In this document: piece after piece, positions 12,917-27,261 of the stretch
Layout: every line of letters starts with the position of its first letter
Position numbering within the stretch: position 1 is the stretch's first letter
Source: Eledone cirrhosa
Taxonomy: Eukaryota
Direction of reading: 5' to 3'
Length of the DNA stretch: 64,000 bases
NCBI GenBank assembly: GCA_964016885.1
Contig: CAXHJY010000713.1
Location: 54,861 to 118,860, forward strand
Made by a program: the position numbers and the translations under genes
Notes under the pieces: model-generated
What the model was told of the DNA's origin: nothing
Database searches by the model: none
The model's input: the letters and a program-made list of their open reading frames with translations, nothing else

Positions 12917-13029
12917 GTCAGGATGGCCGAGCGGTCCAAGGCGCCAGACTCAAGGTGTAGTACCTTATCCAGAACATTGAGTATTCTGGTCCACTAATGT
13001 GGGCGTGGGTTCGAATCCCACTTCTGACA
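12917..13029 (+). tRNA. tRNA-Leu(CAA), intron, copy 8 (CC type)
   Basis: Same sequence as copy 1. Confidence 0.96.
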
Positions 13030-13835
13030 AATTTTTGTTTTATGTAATTCTTATATTTCTCTCAACATATTTTACCTCTCAAATATATACGTTTCTTGTT
13101 TATGTATTTATCAGAGTGATATTCAGTCTTACTTTAAATAATTATATACAGAAACATGTGGTATCAGTTGTATATATGATAATTGGTTTTATATATGAAA
13201 ACATTATATACACACAACATATATCTATATACATGGGTGATATGATACAGAGGACTTGTAGCTGATGTATATAAAAGCACCAGTTGTATTTTATGCTGTT
13301 CTACATGCTGGACATGTAGTGAGTGGTACATATACCACATGTAGTAGTATATATAAAACTGCTATATATACAGGACATGTGGTTGTTGGTGTATATTATA
13401 ACTGTTTATAGTTATCAATTATATTCATACAAATCAATTATTCATTGCAACAAATTACAATATATTTTAATCATTATCAACCATAATTAATTATTAATAT
13501 TCTCTCTTACTAATAAATCATTCTAAATTATCATATACTAAATACCTGTAGATACCTGGATAAGACATAATCTGATTTCCCATGTATGTTGTAATGTTTT
13601 TCTCTGCCGATGAGCAAGACGTCTTAAATACCTAATTCTGAAGACAAAGGTCTTTTAAAACATGTAACTCTGGTCAGTTCTTACTAAGACACAGATGTTG
13701 TAAGACCTCAAGGTGTAAATCTATAATATAATTGATATGAATTCTACACCATCAGTATATTGTAATTTTTACACACTGACAGTAATTGGATGTTTATGTT
13801 TATAAGTCTTTGAAATATTTCGTCATACATCGGTT

Positions 13836-13941
13836 GTCAGGATTGTCGAGTGGACTAAGGCGCCAACCACAGGTGTAATACCTTGACCAGATCATTGAGT
13901 TTTCTGGTCCACTAATGTGGTTTCGAATGCAGCTTCTGACA
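13836..13941 (+). pseudogene. Degenerate tRNA-Leu copy, unit 9 (type B, TGGACTAAG)
   Basis: As unit 2, with T>A at 13854. Confidence 0.9.
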
Positions 13942-14581
13942 ATTTTTTTGGGTCCATCAAGCCTTTATTTTGCTTGTGCAATTAAGAGTCATTTAAAACT
14001 AAACATTATGTTTAATTAATAAACGCTGCTTTTAAAATGAACATATCGCACTTCGAAACAATTTATTCAAACTAAGGTGCAACCTTTGAATTTGTCTCAT
14101 ACTGGTGTGTTTTAACTAAGACAATGAGAGATAAAACACCTCATACTGATGACTAAAATGTCATAATATACCTAATACTGGTCTGTTCTTGCTATAACTA
14201 AGACGTCTTAAGACACTTAAGACGCATTAAAACACATAAGACTGGGTAGACCTTGCTATAACTAAGACACCTAATGTTGGTTAGTCTTTACTATAAACAA
14301 GACGTATTAAAACACACAATATTGGTCAGTCCTTGCTATAATTAACACGTCTTAAGACACCTAATGATAGTCAGTCTTTACTATAACCAAGATGTATTAA
14401 AACACATACTACTGATCAGCGCTTACTATAACCAATACATCTTAACACACTAAGCTGAAGGTGTAAACCTATAATTTATTTTATATGTATTCTACACCAT
14501 ACAGTATAATGTCCATTTTACACACTGCCAGTAGTTGATGTTTATGTTCATGTCTTTGAAATAATTCGTTATACCGCAGTT

Positions 14582-14694
14582 GTCAGGATGGCCGAGCGGT
14601 CTAAGGCGCCAGACTCAAGGTGTAGTACCTTAACCAGAACATTGAGTATTCTGGTCCACTAATGTGGGCGTGGGTTCGAATCCCACTTCTGAAA
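14582..14694 (+). tRNA. tRNA-Leu(CAA), intron, copy 9 (CT type), C72A acceptor-stem variant
   Basis: Ends TTCTGAAA instead of TTCTGACA (14693), giving a G1.A72 mismatch. Confidence 0.8.
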
Positions 14695-15500
14695 AATTTT
14701 TGTTTTATGTAATTTTTATATTTCTCTCAACATATTTTACCTCTCAAATATATACGTTTCTTGTTTATGTATTTATCAGAGTGATATTCAGTCTTACTTT
14801 AAATAATTATATACAGAAACATGTGGTATCAGTTGTATATATGATAATTGGTTTTATATATGAAAACATTATATACACACAACATATATCTATATACATG
14901 GGTGATATGATACAGAGGACTTGTAGCTGATGTATATAAAAGCATCAGTTGTATTTTATGCTGTTCTACATGCTGGACATGTAGTGAGTGGTACATATAC
15001 CACATGTAGTAGTATATATAAAACTGCTATATATACAGGACATGTGGTTGTTGGTGTATATTATAACTGTTTATAGTTATCAATTATATTCATACAAATC
15101 AATTATTCATTACAACAAATTACAATATATTTTAATCATTATCAACCATAATTAATTATTAATATTCTCTCTTACTAATAAATCATTCTAAATTATCATA
15201 TACTAAATACCTGTAGATACCTGGATAAGACATAATCTGATTTCCCATGTATGTTGTAATGTTTTTCTCTGCCGATGAGCAAGACGTCTTAAATACCTAA
15301 TTCTGAAGACAAAGGTGTCTTAAAACATGTAACTCTGGTCAGTTCTTACTAAGACACAGATGTTGTAAGACCTCAAGATGTAAATCTATAATATAATTGA
15401 TATGTATTCTACACCATCAGTATATTGTCAATTTTACACACTGACAGTAATTGGATGTTTATGTTTATAAGTCTTTGAAATATTTCGTCATACATCGGTT

Positions 15501-15606
15501 GTCAGGAATGTCGAGTGGTCTAAGGCGCAAACCACAGGTGTAATACTTTGACCAGAACATTGAGTTTTCTGGTCCACTAATGTGGTTTCGAATGCAGCTT
15601 CTGACA
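15501..15606 (+). pseudogene. Degenerate tRNA-Leu copy, unit 10 (type A)
   Basis: As unit 1. Confidence 0.9.
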
Positions 15607-16246
15607 ATTTTTTTGCGTCCATTAAGACTTTATTTTGCTTGTGCAATTAAGAGTCATTTAAAACAAAACATTAACTTTAATTAATAAACGCTGCTTTTAA
15701 AATGAACATATCGCATTTCCAAACAATTTATTCAAATTAAGGCGCAATCTTTGAATTGGTCTCAAACTGGTGAGTTTTAACTAAGACAATGAGAGCTAAA
15801 ACACCTCATGCTGATGACTGAAATGTCTTAATATACCTAATATTGTTCTGTTCTTGCTATAACTAAGACGTCTTAAGACACTTAAGACGCATTAAAACAC
15901 ATAATACTGGGTAGACCTTGCTATAACTAAGACACCTAATGCTGGTTAGTCTTTACTATAAACAAGACGTATTAAAACACACAATACTGGTCAGTCCTCA
16001 CTATAATTAACACGTCTAAAGACACCTAATGATAGTCAGTCTTTACTATAACCAAGATGTATTAAAACACATACTACTGATCAGCGCTTACTATAACCAA
16101 TACATCTTAACACACTAAGCTGAAGGTGTAAACCTATAATTTATTTTATATGTATTCTACACCATACAGTATATTGTCCATTTTACACACTGCCAGTAGT
16201 TGATGTTTATGTTCATGTCTTTGAAATAATTCGTTATACCGCAGTT

Positions 16247-16359
16247 GTCAGGATGGCCGAGCGGTCCAAGGCGCCAGACTCAAGGTGTAGTACCTTATCC
16301 AGAACATTGAGTATTCTGGTCCACTAATGTGGGCGTGGGTTCGAATCCCACTTCTGACA
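16247..16359 (+). tRNA. tRNA-Leu(CAA), intron, copy 10 (CC type)
   Basis: Same sequence as copy 1. Confidence 0.96.
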
Positions 16360-17165
16360 AATTTTTGTTTTATGTAATTCTTATATTTCTCTCAACATAT
16401 TTTACCTCTCAAATATATACGTTTCTTGTTTATGTATTTATCAGAGTGATATTCAGTCTTACTTTAAATAATTATATACAGAAACATGTGGTATCAGTTG
16501 TATATATGATAATTGGTTTTATATATGAAAACATTATATACACACAACATATATCTATATACATGGGTGATATGATACAGAGGACTTGTAGCTGATGTAT
16601 ATAAAAGCACCAGTTGTATTTTATGCTGTTCTACATGCTGGACATGTAGTGAGTGGTACATATACCACATGTAGTAGTATATATAAAACTGCTATATATA
16701 CAGGACATGTGGTTGTTGGTGTATATTATAACTGTTTATAGTTATCAATTATATTCATACAAATCAATTATTCATTACAACAAATTACAATATATTTTAA
16801 TCATTATCAACCATAATTAATTATTAATATTCTCTCTTACTAATAAATCATTCTAAATTATCATATACTAAATACCTGTAGATACCTGGATAAGACATAA
16901 TCTGATTTCCCATGTATGTTGTAATGTTTTTCTCTGCCGATGAGCAAGACGTCTTAAATACCTAATTCTGAAGACAAAGGTCTTTTAAAACATGTAACTC
17001 TGGTCAGTTCTTACTAAGACACAGATGTTGTAAGACCTCAAGGTGTAAATCTATAATATAATTGATATGAATTCTACACCATCAGTATATTGTAATTTTT
17101 ACACACTGACAGTAATTGGATGTTTATGTTTATAAGTCTTTGAAATATTTCGTCATACATCGGTT

Positions 17166-17271
17166 GTCAGGATTGTCGAGTGGTCTAAGGCGCCAACCAC
17201 AGGTGTAATACCTTGACCAGATCATTGAGTTTTCTGGTCCACTAATGTGGTTTCGAATGCAGCTTCTGACA
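17166..17271 (+). pseudogene. Degenerate tRNA-Leu copy, unit 11 (type B)
   Basis: As unit 2. Confidence 0.9.
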
Positions 17272-17911
17272 ATTTTTTTGGGTCCATCAAGCCTTTATTT
17301 TGCTTGTGCAATTAAGAGTCATTTAAAACTAAACATTATGTTTAATTAATAAACGCTGCTTTTAAAATGAACATATCGCACTTCGAAACAATTTATTCAA
17401 ACTAAGGTGCAACCTTTGAATTTGTCTCATACTGGTGTGTTTTAACTAAGACAATGAGAGATAAAACACCTCATACTGATGACTAAAATGTCATAATATA
17501 CCTAATACTGGTCTGTTCTTGCTATAACTAAGACGTCTTAAGACACTTAAGACGCATTAAAACACATAAGACTGGGTAGACCTTGCTATAACTAAGACAC
17601 CTAATGTTGGTTAGTCTTTACTATAAACAAGACGTATTAAAACACACAATATTGGTCAGTCCTTGCTATAATTAACACGTCTTAAGACACCTAATGATAG
17701 TCAGTCTTTACTATAACCAAGATGTATTAAAACACATACTACTGATCAGCGCTTACTATAACCAATACATCTGAACACACTAAGCTGAAGGTGTAAACCT
17801 ATAATTTATTTTATATGTATTCTACACCATACAGTATAATGTCCATTTTACACACTGCCAGTAGTTGATGTTTATGTTCATGTCTTTGAAATAATTCGTT
17901 ATACCGCAGTT

Positions 17912-18024
17912 GTCAGGATGGCCGAGCGGTCCAAGGCGCCAGACTCAAGGTGTAGTACCTTATCCAGAACATTGAGTATTCTGGTCCACTAATGTGGGCG
18001 TGGGTTCGAATCCCACTTCTGACA
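17912..18024 (+). tRNA. tRNA-Leu(CAA), intron, copy 11 (CC type)
   Basis: Same sequence as copy 1. Confidence 0.96.
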
Positions 18025-18830
18025 AATTTTTGTTTTATGTAATTCTTATATTTCTCTCAACATATTTTACCTCTCAAATATATACGTTTCTTGTTTATGT
18101 ATTTATCAGAGTGATATTCAGTCTTACTTTAAATAATTATATACAGAAACATGTGGTATCAGTTGTATATATGATAATTGGTTTTATATATGAAAACATT
18201 ATATACACACAACATATATCTATATACATGGGTGATATGATACAGAGGACTTGTAGCTGATGTATATAAAAGCACCAGTTGTATTTTATGCTGTTCTACA
18301 TGCTGGACATGTAGTGAGTGGTACATATACCACATGTAGTAGTATATATAAAACTGCTATATATACAGGACATGTGGTTGTTGGTGTATATTATAACTGT
18401 TTATAGTTATCAATTATATTCATACAAATCAATTATTCATTACAACAAATTACAATATATTTTAATCATTATCAACCATAATTAATTATTAATATTCTCT
18501 CTTACTAATAAATCATTCTAAATTATCATATACTAAATACCTGTAGATACCTGGATAAGACATAATCTGATTTCCCATGTATGTTGTAATGTTTTTCTCT
18601 GCCGATGAGCAAGACGTCTTAAATACCTAATTCTGAAGACAAAGGTCTTTTAAAACATGTAACTCTGGTCAGTTCTTACTAAGACACAGATGTTGTAAGA
18701 CCTCAAGGTGTAAATCTATAATATAATTGATATGAATTCTACACCATCAGTATATTGTAATTTTTACACACTGACAGTAATTGGATGTTTATGTTTATAA
18801 GTCTTTGAAATATTTCGTCATACATCGGTT

Positions 18831-18936
18831 GTCAGGATTGTCGAGTGGTCTAAGGCGCCAACCACAGGTGTAATACCTTGACCAGATCATTGAGTTTTCT
18901 GGTCCACTAATGTGGTTTCGAATGCAGCTTCTGACA
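18831..18936 (+). pseudogene. Degenerate tRNA-Leu copy, unit 12 (type B)
   Basis: As unit 2. Confidence 0.9.
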
Positions 18937-19576
18937 ATTTTTTTGGGTCCATCAAGCCTTTATTTTGCTTGTGCAATTAAGAGTCATTTAAAACTAAACA
19001 TTATGTTTAATTAATAAACGCTGCTTTTAAAATGAACATATCGCACTTCGAAACAATTTATTCAAACTAAGGTGCAACCTTTGAATTTGTCTCATACTGG
19101 TGTGTTTTAACTAAGACAATGAGAGATAAAACACCTCATACTGATGACTAAAATGTCATAATATACCTAATACTGGTCTGTTCTTGCTATAACTAAGACG
19201 TCTTAAGACACTTAAGACGCATTAAAACACATAAGACTGGGTAGACCTTGCTATAACTAAGACACCTAATGTTGGTTAGTCTTTACTATAAACAAGACGT
19301 ATTAAAACACACAATATTGGTCAGTCCTTGCTATAATTAACACGTCTTAAGACACCTAATGATAGTCAGTCTTTACTATAACCAAGATGTATTAAAACAC
19401 ATACTACTGATCAGCGCTTACTATAACCAATACATCTGAACACACTAAGCTGAAGGTGTAAACCTATAATTTATTTTATATGTATTCTACACCATACAGT
19501 ATAATGTCCATTTTACACACTGCCAGTAGTTGATGTTTATGTTCATGTCTTTGAAATAATTCGTTATACCGCAGTT

Positions 19577-19689
19577 GTCAGGATGGCCGAGCGGTCTAAG
19601 GCGCCAGACTCAAGGTGTAGTACCTTAACCAGAACATTGAGTATTCTGGTCCACTAATGTGGGCGTGGGTTCGAATCCCACTTCTGACA
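19577..19689 (+). tRNA. tRNA-Leu(CAA), intron, copy 12 (CT type)
   Basis: GGTCTAAG D-loop, intron TTAACC. Confidence 0.96.
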
Positions 19690-20495
19690 AATTTTTGTTT
19701 TATGTAATTCTTATATTTCTCTCAACATATTTTACCTCTCAAATATATACGTTTCTTGTTTATGTATTTATCAGAGTGATATTCAGTCTTACTTTAAATA
19801 ATTATATACAGAAACATGTGGTATCAGTTGTATATATGATAATTGGTTTTATATATGAAAACATTATATACACACAACATATATCTATATACATGGGTGA
19901 TATGATACAGAGGACTTGTAGCTGATGTATATAAAAGCATCAGTTGTATTTTATGCTGTTCTACATGCTGGACATGTAGTGAGTGGTACATATACCACAT
20001 GCAGTAGTATATATAAAACTGCTATATATACAGGACATGTGGTTGTTGGTGTATATTATAACTGTTTATAGTTATCAATTATATTCATACAAATCAATTA
20101 TTCATTACAACAAATTACAATATATTTTAATCATTATCAACCATAATTAATTATTAATATTCTCTCTTACTAATAAATCATTCTAAATTATCATATACTA
20201 AATACCTGTAGATACCTGGATAAGACATAATCTGATTTCCCATGTATGTTGTAATGTTTTTCTCTGCCGATGAGCAAGACGTCTTAAATACCTAATTCTG
20301 AAGACAAAGGTCTTTTAAAACATGTAACTCTGGTCAGTTCTTACTAAGACACAGATGTTGTAAGACCTCAAGGTGTAAATCTATAATATAATTGATATGA
20401 ATTCTACACCATCAGTATATTGTAATTTTTACACACTGACAGTAATTGGATGTTTATGTTTATAAGTCTTTGAAATATTTCGTCATACATCGGTT

Positions 20496-20601
20496 GTCAG
20501 GATTGTCGAGTGGTCTAAGGCGCCAACCACAGGTGTAATACCTTGACCAGATCATTGAGTTTTCTGGTCCACTAATGTGGTTTCGAATGCAGCTTCTGAC
20601 A
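20496..20601 (+). pseudogene. Degenerate tRNA-Leu copy, unit 13 (type B)
   Basis: As unit 2. Confidence 0.9.
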
Positions 20602-21241
20602 ATTTTTTTGGGTCCATCAAGCCTTTATTTTGCTTGTGCAATTAAGAGTCATTTAAAACTAAACATTATGTTTAATTAATAAACGCTGCTTTTAAAATGA
20701 ACATATCGCACTTCGAAACAATTTATTCAAACTAAGGTGCAACCTTTGAATTTGTCTCATACTGGTGTGTTTTAACTAAGACAATGAGAGATAAAACACC
20801 TCATACTGATGACTAAAATGTCATAATATACCTAATACTGGTCTGTTCTTGCTATAACTAAGACGTCTTAAGACACTTAAGACGCATTAAAACACATAAG
20901 ACTGGGTAGACCTTGCTATAACTAAGACACCTAATGTTGGTTAGTCTTTACTATAAACAAGACGTATTAAAACACACAATATTGGTCAGTCCTTGCTATA
21001 ATTAACACGTCTTAAGACACCTAATGATAGTCAGTCTTTACTATAACCAAGATGTATTAAAACACATACTACTGATCAGCGCTTACTATAACCAATACAT
21101 CTGAACACACTAAGCTGAAGGTGTAAACCTATAATTTATTTTATATGTATTCTACACCATACAGTATAATGTCCATTTTACACACTGCCAGTAGTTGATG
21201 TTTATGTTCATGTCTTTGAAATAATTCGTTATACCGCAGTT

Positions 21242-21354
21242 GTCAGGATGGCCGAGCGGTCCAAGGCGCCAGACTCAAGGTGTAGTACCTTATCCAGAAC
21301 ATTGAGTATTCTGGTCCACTAATGTGGGCGTGGGTTCGAATCCCACTTCTGACA
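21242..21354 (+). tRNA. tRNA-Leu(CAA), intron, copy 13 (CC type)
   Basis: Same sequence as copy 1. Confidence 0.96.
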
Positions 21355-22160
21355 AATTTTTGTTTTATGTAATTCTTATATTTCTCTCAACATATTTTAC
21401 CTCTCAAATATATACGTTTCTTGTTTATGTATTTATCAGAGTGATATTCAGTCTTACTTTAAATAATTATATACAGAAACATGTGGTATCAGTTGTATAT
21501 ATGATAATTGGTTTTATATATGAAAACATTATATACACACAACATATATCTATATACATGGGTGATATGATACAGAGGACTTGTAGCTGATGTATATAAA
21601 AGCACCAGTTGTATTTTATGCTGTTCTACATGCTGGACATGTAGTGAGTGGTACATATACCACATGTAGTAGTATATATAAAACTGCTATATATACAGGA
21701 CATGTGGTTGTTGGTGTATATTATAACTGTTTATAGTTATCAATTATATTCATACAAATCAATTATTCATTACAACAAATTACAATATATTTTAATCATT
21801 ATCAACCATAATTAATTATTAATATTCTCTCTTACTAATAAATCATTCTAAATTATCATATACTAAATACCTGTAGATACCTGGATAAGACATAATCTGA
21901 TTTCCCATGTATGTTGTAATGTTTTTCTCTGCCGATGAGCAAGACGTCTTAAATACCTAATTCTGAAGACAAAGGTCTTTTAAAACATGTAACTCTGGTC
22001 AGTTCTTACTAAGACACAGATGTTGTAAGACCTCAAGGTGTAAATCTATAATATAATTGATATGAATTCTACACCATCAGTATATTGTAATTTTTACACA
22101 CTGACAGTAATTGGATGTTTATGTTTATAAGTCTTTGAAATATTTCGTCATACATCGGTT

Positions 22161-22266
22161 GTCAGGATTGTCGAGTGGTCTAAGGCGCCAACCACAGGTG
22201 TAATACCTTGACCAGATCATTGAGTTTTCTGGTCCACTAATGTGGTTTCGAATGCAGCTTCTGACA
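22161..22266 (+). pseudogene. Degenerate tRNA-Leu copy, unit 14 (type B)
   Basis: As unit 2. Confidence 0.9.
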
Positions 22267-22906
22267 ATTTTTTTGGGTCCATCAAGCCTTTATTTTGCTT
22301 GTGCAATTAAGAGTCATTTAAAACTAAACATTATGTTTAATTAATAAACGCTGCTTTTAAAATGAACATATCGCACTTCGAAACAATTTATTCAAACTAA
22401 GGTGCAACCTTTGAATTTGTCTCATACTGGTGTGTTTTAACTAAGACAATGAGAGATAAAACACCTCATACTGATGACTAAAATGTCATAATATACCTAA
22501 TACTGGTCTGTTCTTGCTATAACTAAGACGTCTTAAGACACTTAAGACGCATTAAAACACATAAGACTGGGTAGACCTTGCTATAACTAAGACACCTAAT
22601 GTTGGTTAGTCTTTACTATAAACAAGACGTATTAAAACACACAATATTGGTCAGTCCTTGCTATAATTAACACGTCTTAAGACACCTAATGATAGTCAGT
22701 CTTTACTATAACCAAGATGTATTAAAACACATACTACTGATCAGCGCTTACTATAACCAATACATCTGAACACACTAAGCTGAAGGTGTAAACCTATAAT
22801 TTATTTTATATGTATTCTACACCATACAGTATAATGTCCATTTTACACACTGCCAGTAGTTGATGTTTATGTTCATGTCTTTGAAATAATTCGTTATACC
22901 GCAGTT

Positions 22907-23019
22907 GTCAGGATGGCCGAGCGGTCTAAGGCGCCAGACTCAAGGTGTAGTACCTTAACCAGAACATTGAGTATTCTGGTCCACTAATGTGGGCGTGGGT
23001 TCGAATCCCACTTCTGACA
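22907..23019 (+). tRNA. tRNA-Leu(CAA), intron, copy 14 (CT type)
   Basis: Same as copy 12. Confidence 0.96.
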
Positions 23020-23825
23020 AATTTTTGTTTTATGTAATTCTTATATTTCTCTCAACATATTTTACCTCTCAAATATATACGTTTCTTGTTTATGTATTTA
23101 TCAGAGTGATATTCAGTCTTACTTTAAATAATTATATACAGAAACATGTGGTATCAGTTGTATATATGATAATTGGTTTTATATATGAAAACATTATATA
23201 CACACAACATATATCTATATACATGGGTGATATGATACAGAGGACTTGTAGCTGATGTATATAAAAGCATCAGTTGTATTTTATGCTGTTCTACATGCTG
23301 GACATGTAGTGAGTGGTACATATACCACATGCAGTAGTATATATAAAACTGCTATATATACAGGACATGTGGTTGTTGGTGTATATTATAACTGTTTATA
23401 GTTATCAATTATATTCATACAAATCAATTATTCATTACAACAAATTACAATATATTTTAATCATTATCAACCATAATTAATTATTAATATTCTCTCTTAC
23501 TAATAAATCATTCTAAATTATCATATACTAAATACCTGTAGATACCTGGATAAGACATAATCTGATTTCCCATGTATGTTGTAATGTTTTTCTCTGCCGA
23601 TGAGCAAGACGTCTTAAATACCTAATTCTGAAGACAAAGGTGTCTTAAAACATGTAACTCTGGTCAGTTCTTACTAAGACACAGATGTTGTAAGACCTCA
23701 AGATGTAAATCTATAATATAATTGATATGTATTCTACACCATCAGTATATTGTCAATTTTACACACTGACAGTAATTGGATGTTTATGTTTATAAGTCTT
23801 TGAAATATTTCGTCATACATCGGTT

Positions 23826-23931
23826 GTCAGGAATGTCGAGTGGTCTAAGGCGCAAACCACAGGTGTAATACTTTGACCAGAACATTGAGTTTTCTGGTCC
23901 ACTAATGTGGTTGCGAATGCAGCTTCTGACA
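23826..23931 (+). pseudogene. Degenerate tRNA-Leu copy, unit 15 (type A, GGTTGCG)
   Basis: As unit 8. Confidence 0.9.
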
Positions 23932-24571
23932 ATTTTTTTGCGTCCATTAAGACTTTATTTTGCTTGTGCAATTAAGAGTCATTTAAAACAAAACATTAAC
24001 TTTAATTAATAAACGCTGCTTTTAAAATGAACATATCGCATTTCCAAACAATTTATTCAAATTAAGGCGCAATCTTTGAATTGGTCTCAAACTGGTGAGT
24101 TTTAACTAAGACAATGAGAGCTAAAACACCTCATGCTGATGACTGAAATGTCTTAATATACCTAATATTGTTCTGTTCTTGCTATAACTAAGACGTCTTA
24201 AGACACTTAAGTCGCATTAAAACACATAATACTGGGTAGACCTTGCTATAACTAAGACACCTAATGCTGGTTAGTCTTTACTATAAACAAGACGTATTAA
24301 AACACACAATACTGGTCAGTCCTTACTATAATTAACACGTCTAAAGACACCTAATGATAGTCAGTCTTTACTATAACCAAGATGTATTAAAACACATACT
24401 ACTGATCAGCGCTTACTATAACCAATACATCTTAACACACTAAGCTGAAGGTGTAAACCTATAATTTATTTTATATGTATTCTACACCATACAGTATATT
24501 GTCCATTTTACACACTGCCAGTAGTTGATGTTTATGTTCATGTCTTTGAAATAATTCGTTATACCGCAGTT

Positions 24572-24684
24572 GTCAGGATGGCCGAGCGGTCCAAGGCGCC
24601 AGACTCAAGGTGTAGTACCTTATCCAGAACATTGAGTATTCTGGTCCACTAATGTGGGCGTGGGTTCGAATCCCACTTCTGACA
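24572..24684 (+). tRNA. tRNA-Leu(CAA), intron, copy 15 (CC type)
   Basis: Same sequence as copy 1. Confidence 0.96.
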
Positions 24685-25490
24685 AATTTTTGTTTTATGT
24701 AATTCTTATATTTCTCTCAACATATTTTACCTCTCAAATATATACGTTTCTTGTTTATGTATTTATCAGAGTGATATTCAGTCTTACTTTAAATAATTAT
24801 ATACAGAAACATGTGGTATCAGTTGTATATATGATAATTGGTTTTATATATGAAAACATTATATACACACAACATATATCTATATACATGGGTGATATGA
24901 TACAGAGGACTTGTAGCTGATGTATATAAAAGCACCAGTTGTATTTTATGCTGTTCTACATGCTGGACATGTAGTGAGTGGTACATATACCACATGTAGT
25001 AGTATATATAAAACTGCTATATATACAGGACATGTGGTTGTTGGTGTATATTATAACTGTTTATAGTTATCAATTATATTCATACAAATCAATTATTCAT
25101 TGCAACAAATTACAATATATTTTAATCATTATCAACCATAATTAATTATTAATATTCTCTCTTACTAATAAATCATTCTAAATTATCATATACTAAATAC
25201 CTGTAGATACCTGGATAAGACATAATCTGATTTCCCATGTATGTTGTAATGTTTTTCTCTGCCGATGAGCAAGACGTCTTAAATACCTAATTCTGAAGAC
25301 AAAGGTCTTTTAAAACATGTAACTCTGGTCAGTTCTTACTAAGACACAGATGTTGTAAGACCTCAAGGTGTAAATCTATAATATAATTGATATGAATTCT
25401 ACACCATCAGTATATTGTAATTTTTACACACTGACAGTAATTGGATGTTTATGTTTATAAGTCTTTGAAATATTTCGTCATACATCGGTT

Positions 25491-25596
25491 GTCAGGATTG
25501 TCGAGTGGACTAAGGCGCCAACCACAGGTGTAATACCTTGACCAGATCATTGAGTTTTCTGGTCCACTAATGTGGTTTCGAATGCAGCTTCTGACA
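25491..25596 (+). pseudogene. Degenerate tRNA-Leu copy, unit 16 (type B, TGGACTAAG)
   Basis: As unit 9. Confidence 0.9.
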
Positions 25597-26236
25597 ATTT
25601 TTTTGGGTCCATCAAGCCTTTATTTTGCTTGTGCAATTAAGAGTCATTTAAAACTAAACATTATGTTTAATTAATAAACGCTGCTTTTAAAATGAACATA
25701 TCGCACTTCGAAACAATTTATTCAAACTAAGGTGCAACCTTTGAATTTGTCTCATACTGGTGTGTTTTAACTAAGACAATGAGAGATAAAACACCTCATA
25801 CTGATGACTAAAATGTCATAATATACCTAATACTGGTCTGTTCTTGCTATAACTAAGACGTCTTAAGACACTTAAGACGCATTAAAACACATAAGACTGG
25901 GTAGACCTTGCTATAACTAAGACACCTAATGTTGGTTAGTCTTTACTATAAACAAGACGTATTAAAACACACAATATTGGTCAGTCCTTGCTATAATTAA
26001 CACGTCTTAAGACACCTAATGATAGTCAGTCTTTACTATAACCAAGATGTATTAAAACACATACTACTGATCAGCGCTTACTATAACCAATACATCTTAA
26101 CACACTAAGCTGAAGGTGTAAACCTATAATTTATTTTATATGTATTCTACACCATACAGTATAATGTCCATTTTACACACTGCCAGTAGTTGATGTTTAT
26201 GTTCATGTCTTTGAAATAATTCGTTATACCGCAGTT

Positions 26237-26349
26237 GTCAGGATGGCCGAGCGGTCTAAGGCGCCAGACTCAAGGTGTAGTACCTTAACCAGAACATTGA
26301 GTATTCTGGTCCACTAATGTGGGCGTGGGTTCGAATCCCACTTCTGAAA
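26237..26349 (+). tRNA. tRNA-Leu(CAA), intron, copy 16 (CT type), C72A variant
   Basis: Same as copy 9 (TTCTGAAA end, 26348). Confidence 0.8.
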
Positions 26350-27155
26350 AATTTTTGTTTTATGTAATTTTTATATTTCTCTCAACATATTTTACCTCTC
26401 AAATATATACGTTTCTTGTTTATGTATTTATCAGAGTGATATTCAGTCTTACTTTAAATAATTATATACAGAAACATGTGGTATCAGTTGTATATATGAT
26501 AATTGGTTTTATATATGAAAACATTATATACACACAACATATATCTATATACATGGGTGATATGATACAGAGGACTTGTAGCTGATGTATATAAAAGCAT
26601 CAGTTGTATTTTATGCTGTTCTACATGCTGGACATGTAGTGAGTGGTACATATACCACATGTAGTAGTATATATAAAACTGCTATATATACAGGACATGT
26701 GGTTGTTGGTGTATATTATAACTGTTTATAGTTATCAATTATATTCATACAAATCAATTATTCATTACAACAAATTACAATATATTTTAATCATTATCAA
26801 CCATAATTAATTATTAATATTCTCTCTTACTAATAAATCATTCTAAATTATCATATACTAAATACCTGTAGATACCTGGATAAGACATAATCTGATTTCC
26901 CATGTATGTTGTAATGTTTTTCTCTGCCGATGAGCAAGACGTCTTAAATACCTAATTCTGAAGACAAAGGTGTCTTAAAACATGTAACTCTGGTCAGTTC
27001 TTACTAAGACACAGATGTTGTAAGACCTCAAGATGTAAATCTATAATATAATTGATATGTATTCTACACCATCAGTATATTGTCAATTTTACACACTGAC
27101 AGTAATTGGATGTTTATGTTTATAAGTCTTTGAAATATTTCGTCATACATCGGTT

Positions 27156-27261
27156 GTCAGGAATGTCGAGTGGTCTAAGGCGCAAACCACAGGTGTAATA
27201 CTTTGACCAGAACATTGAGTTTTCTGGTCCACTAATGTGGTTTCGAATGCAGCTTCTGACA
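27156..27261 (+). pseudogene. Degenerate tRNA-Leu copy, unit 17 (type A)
   Basis: As unit 1. Confidence 0.9.
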
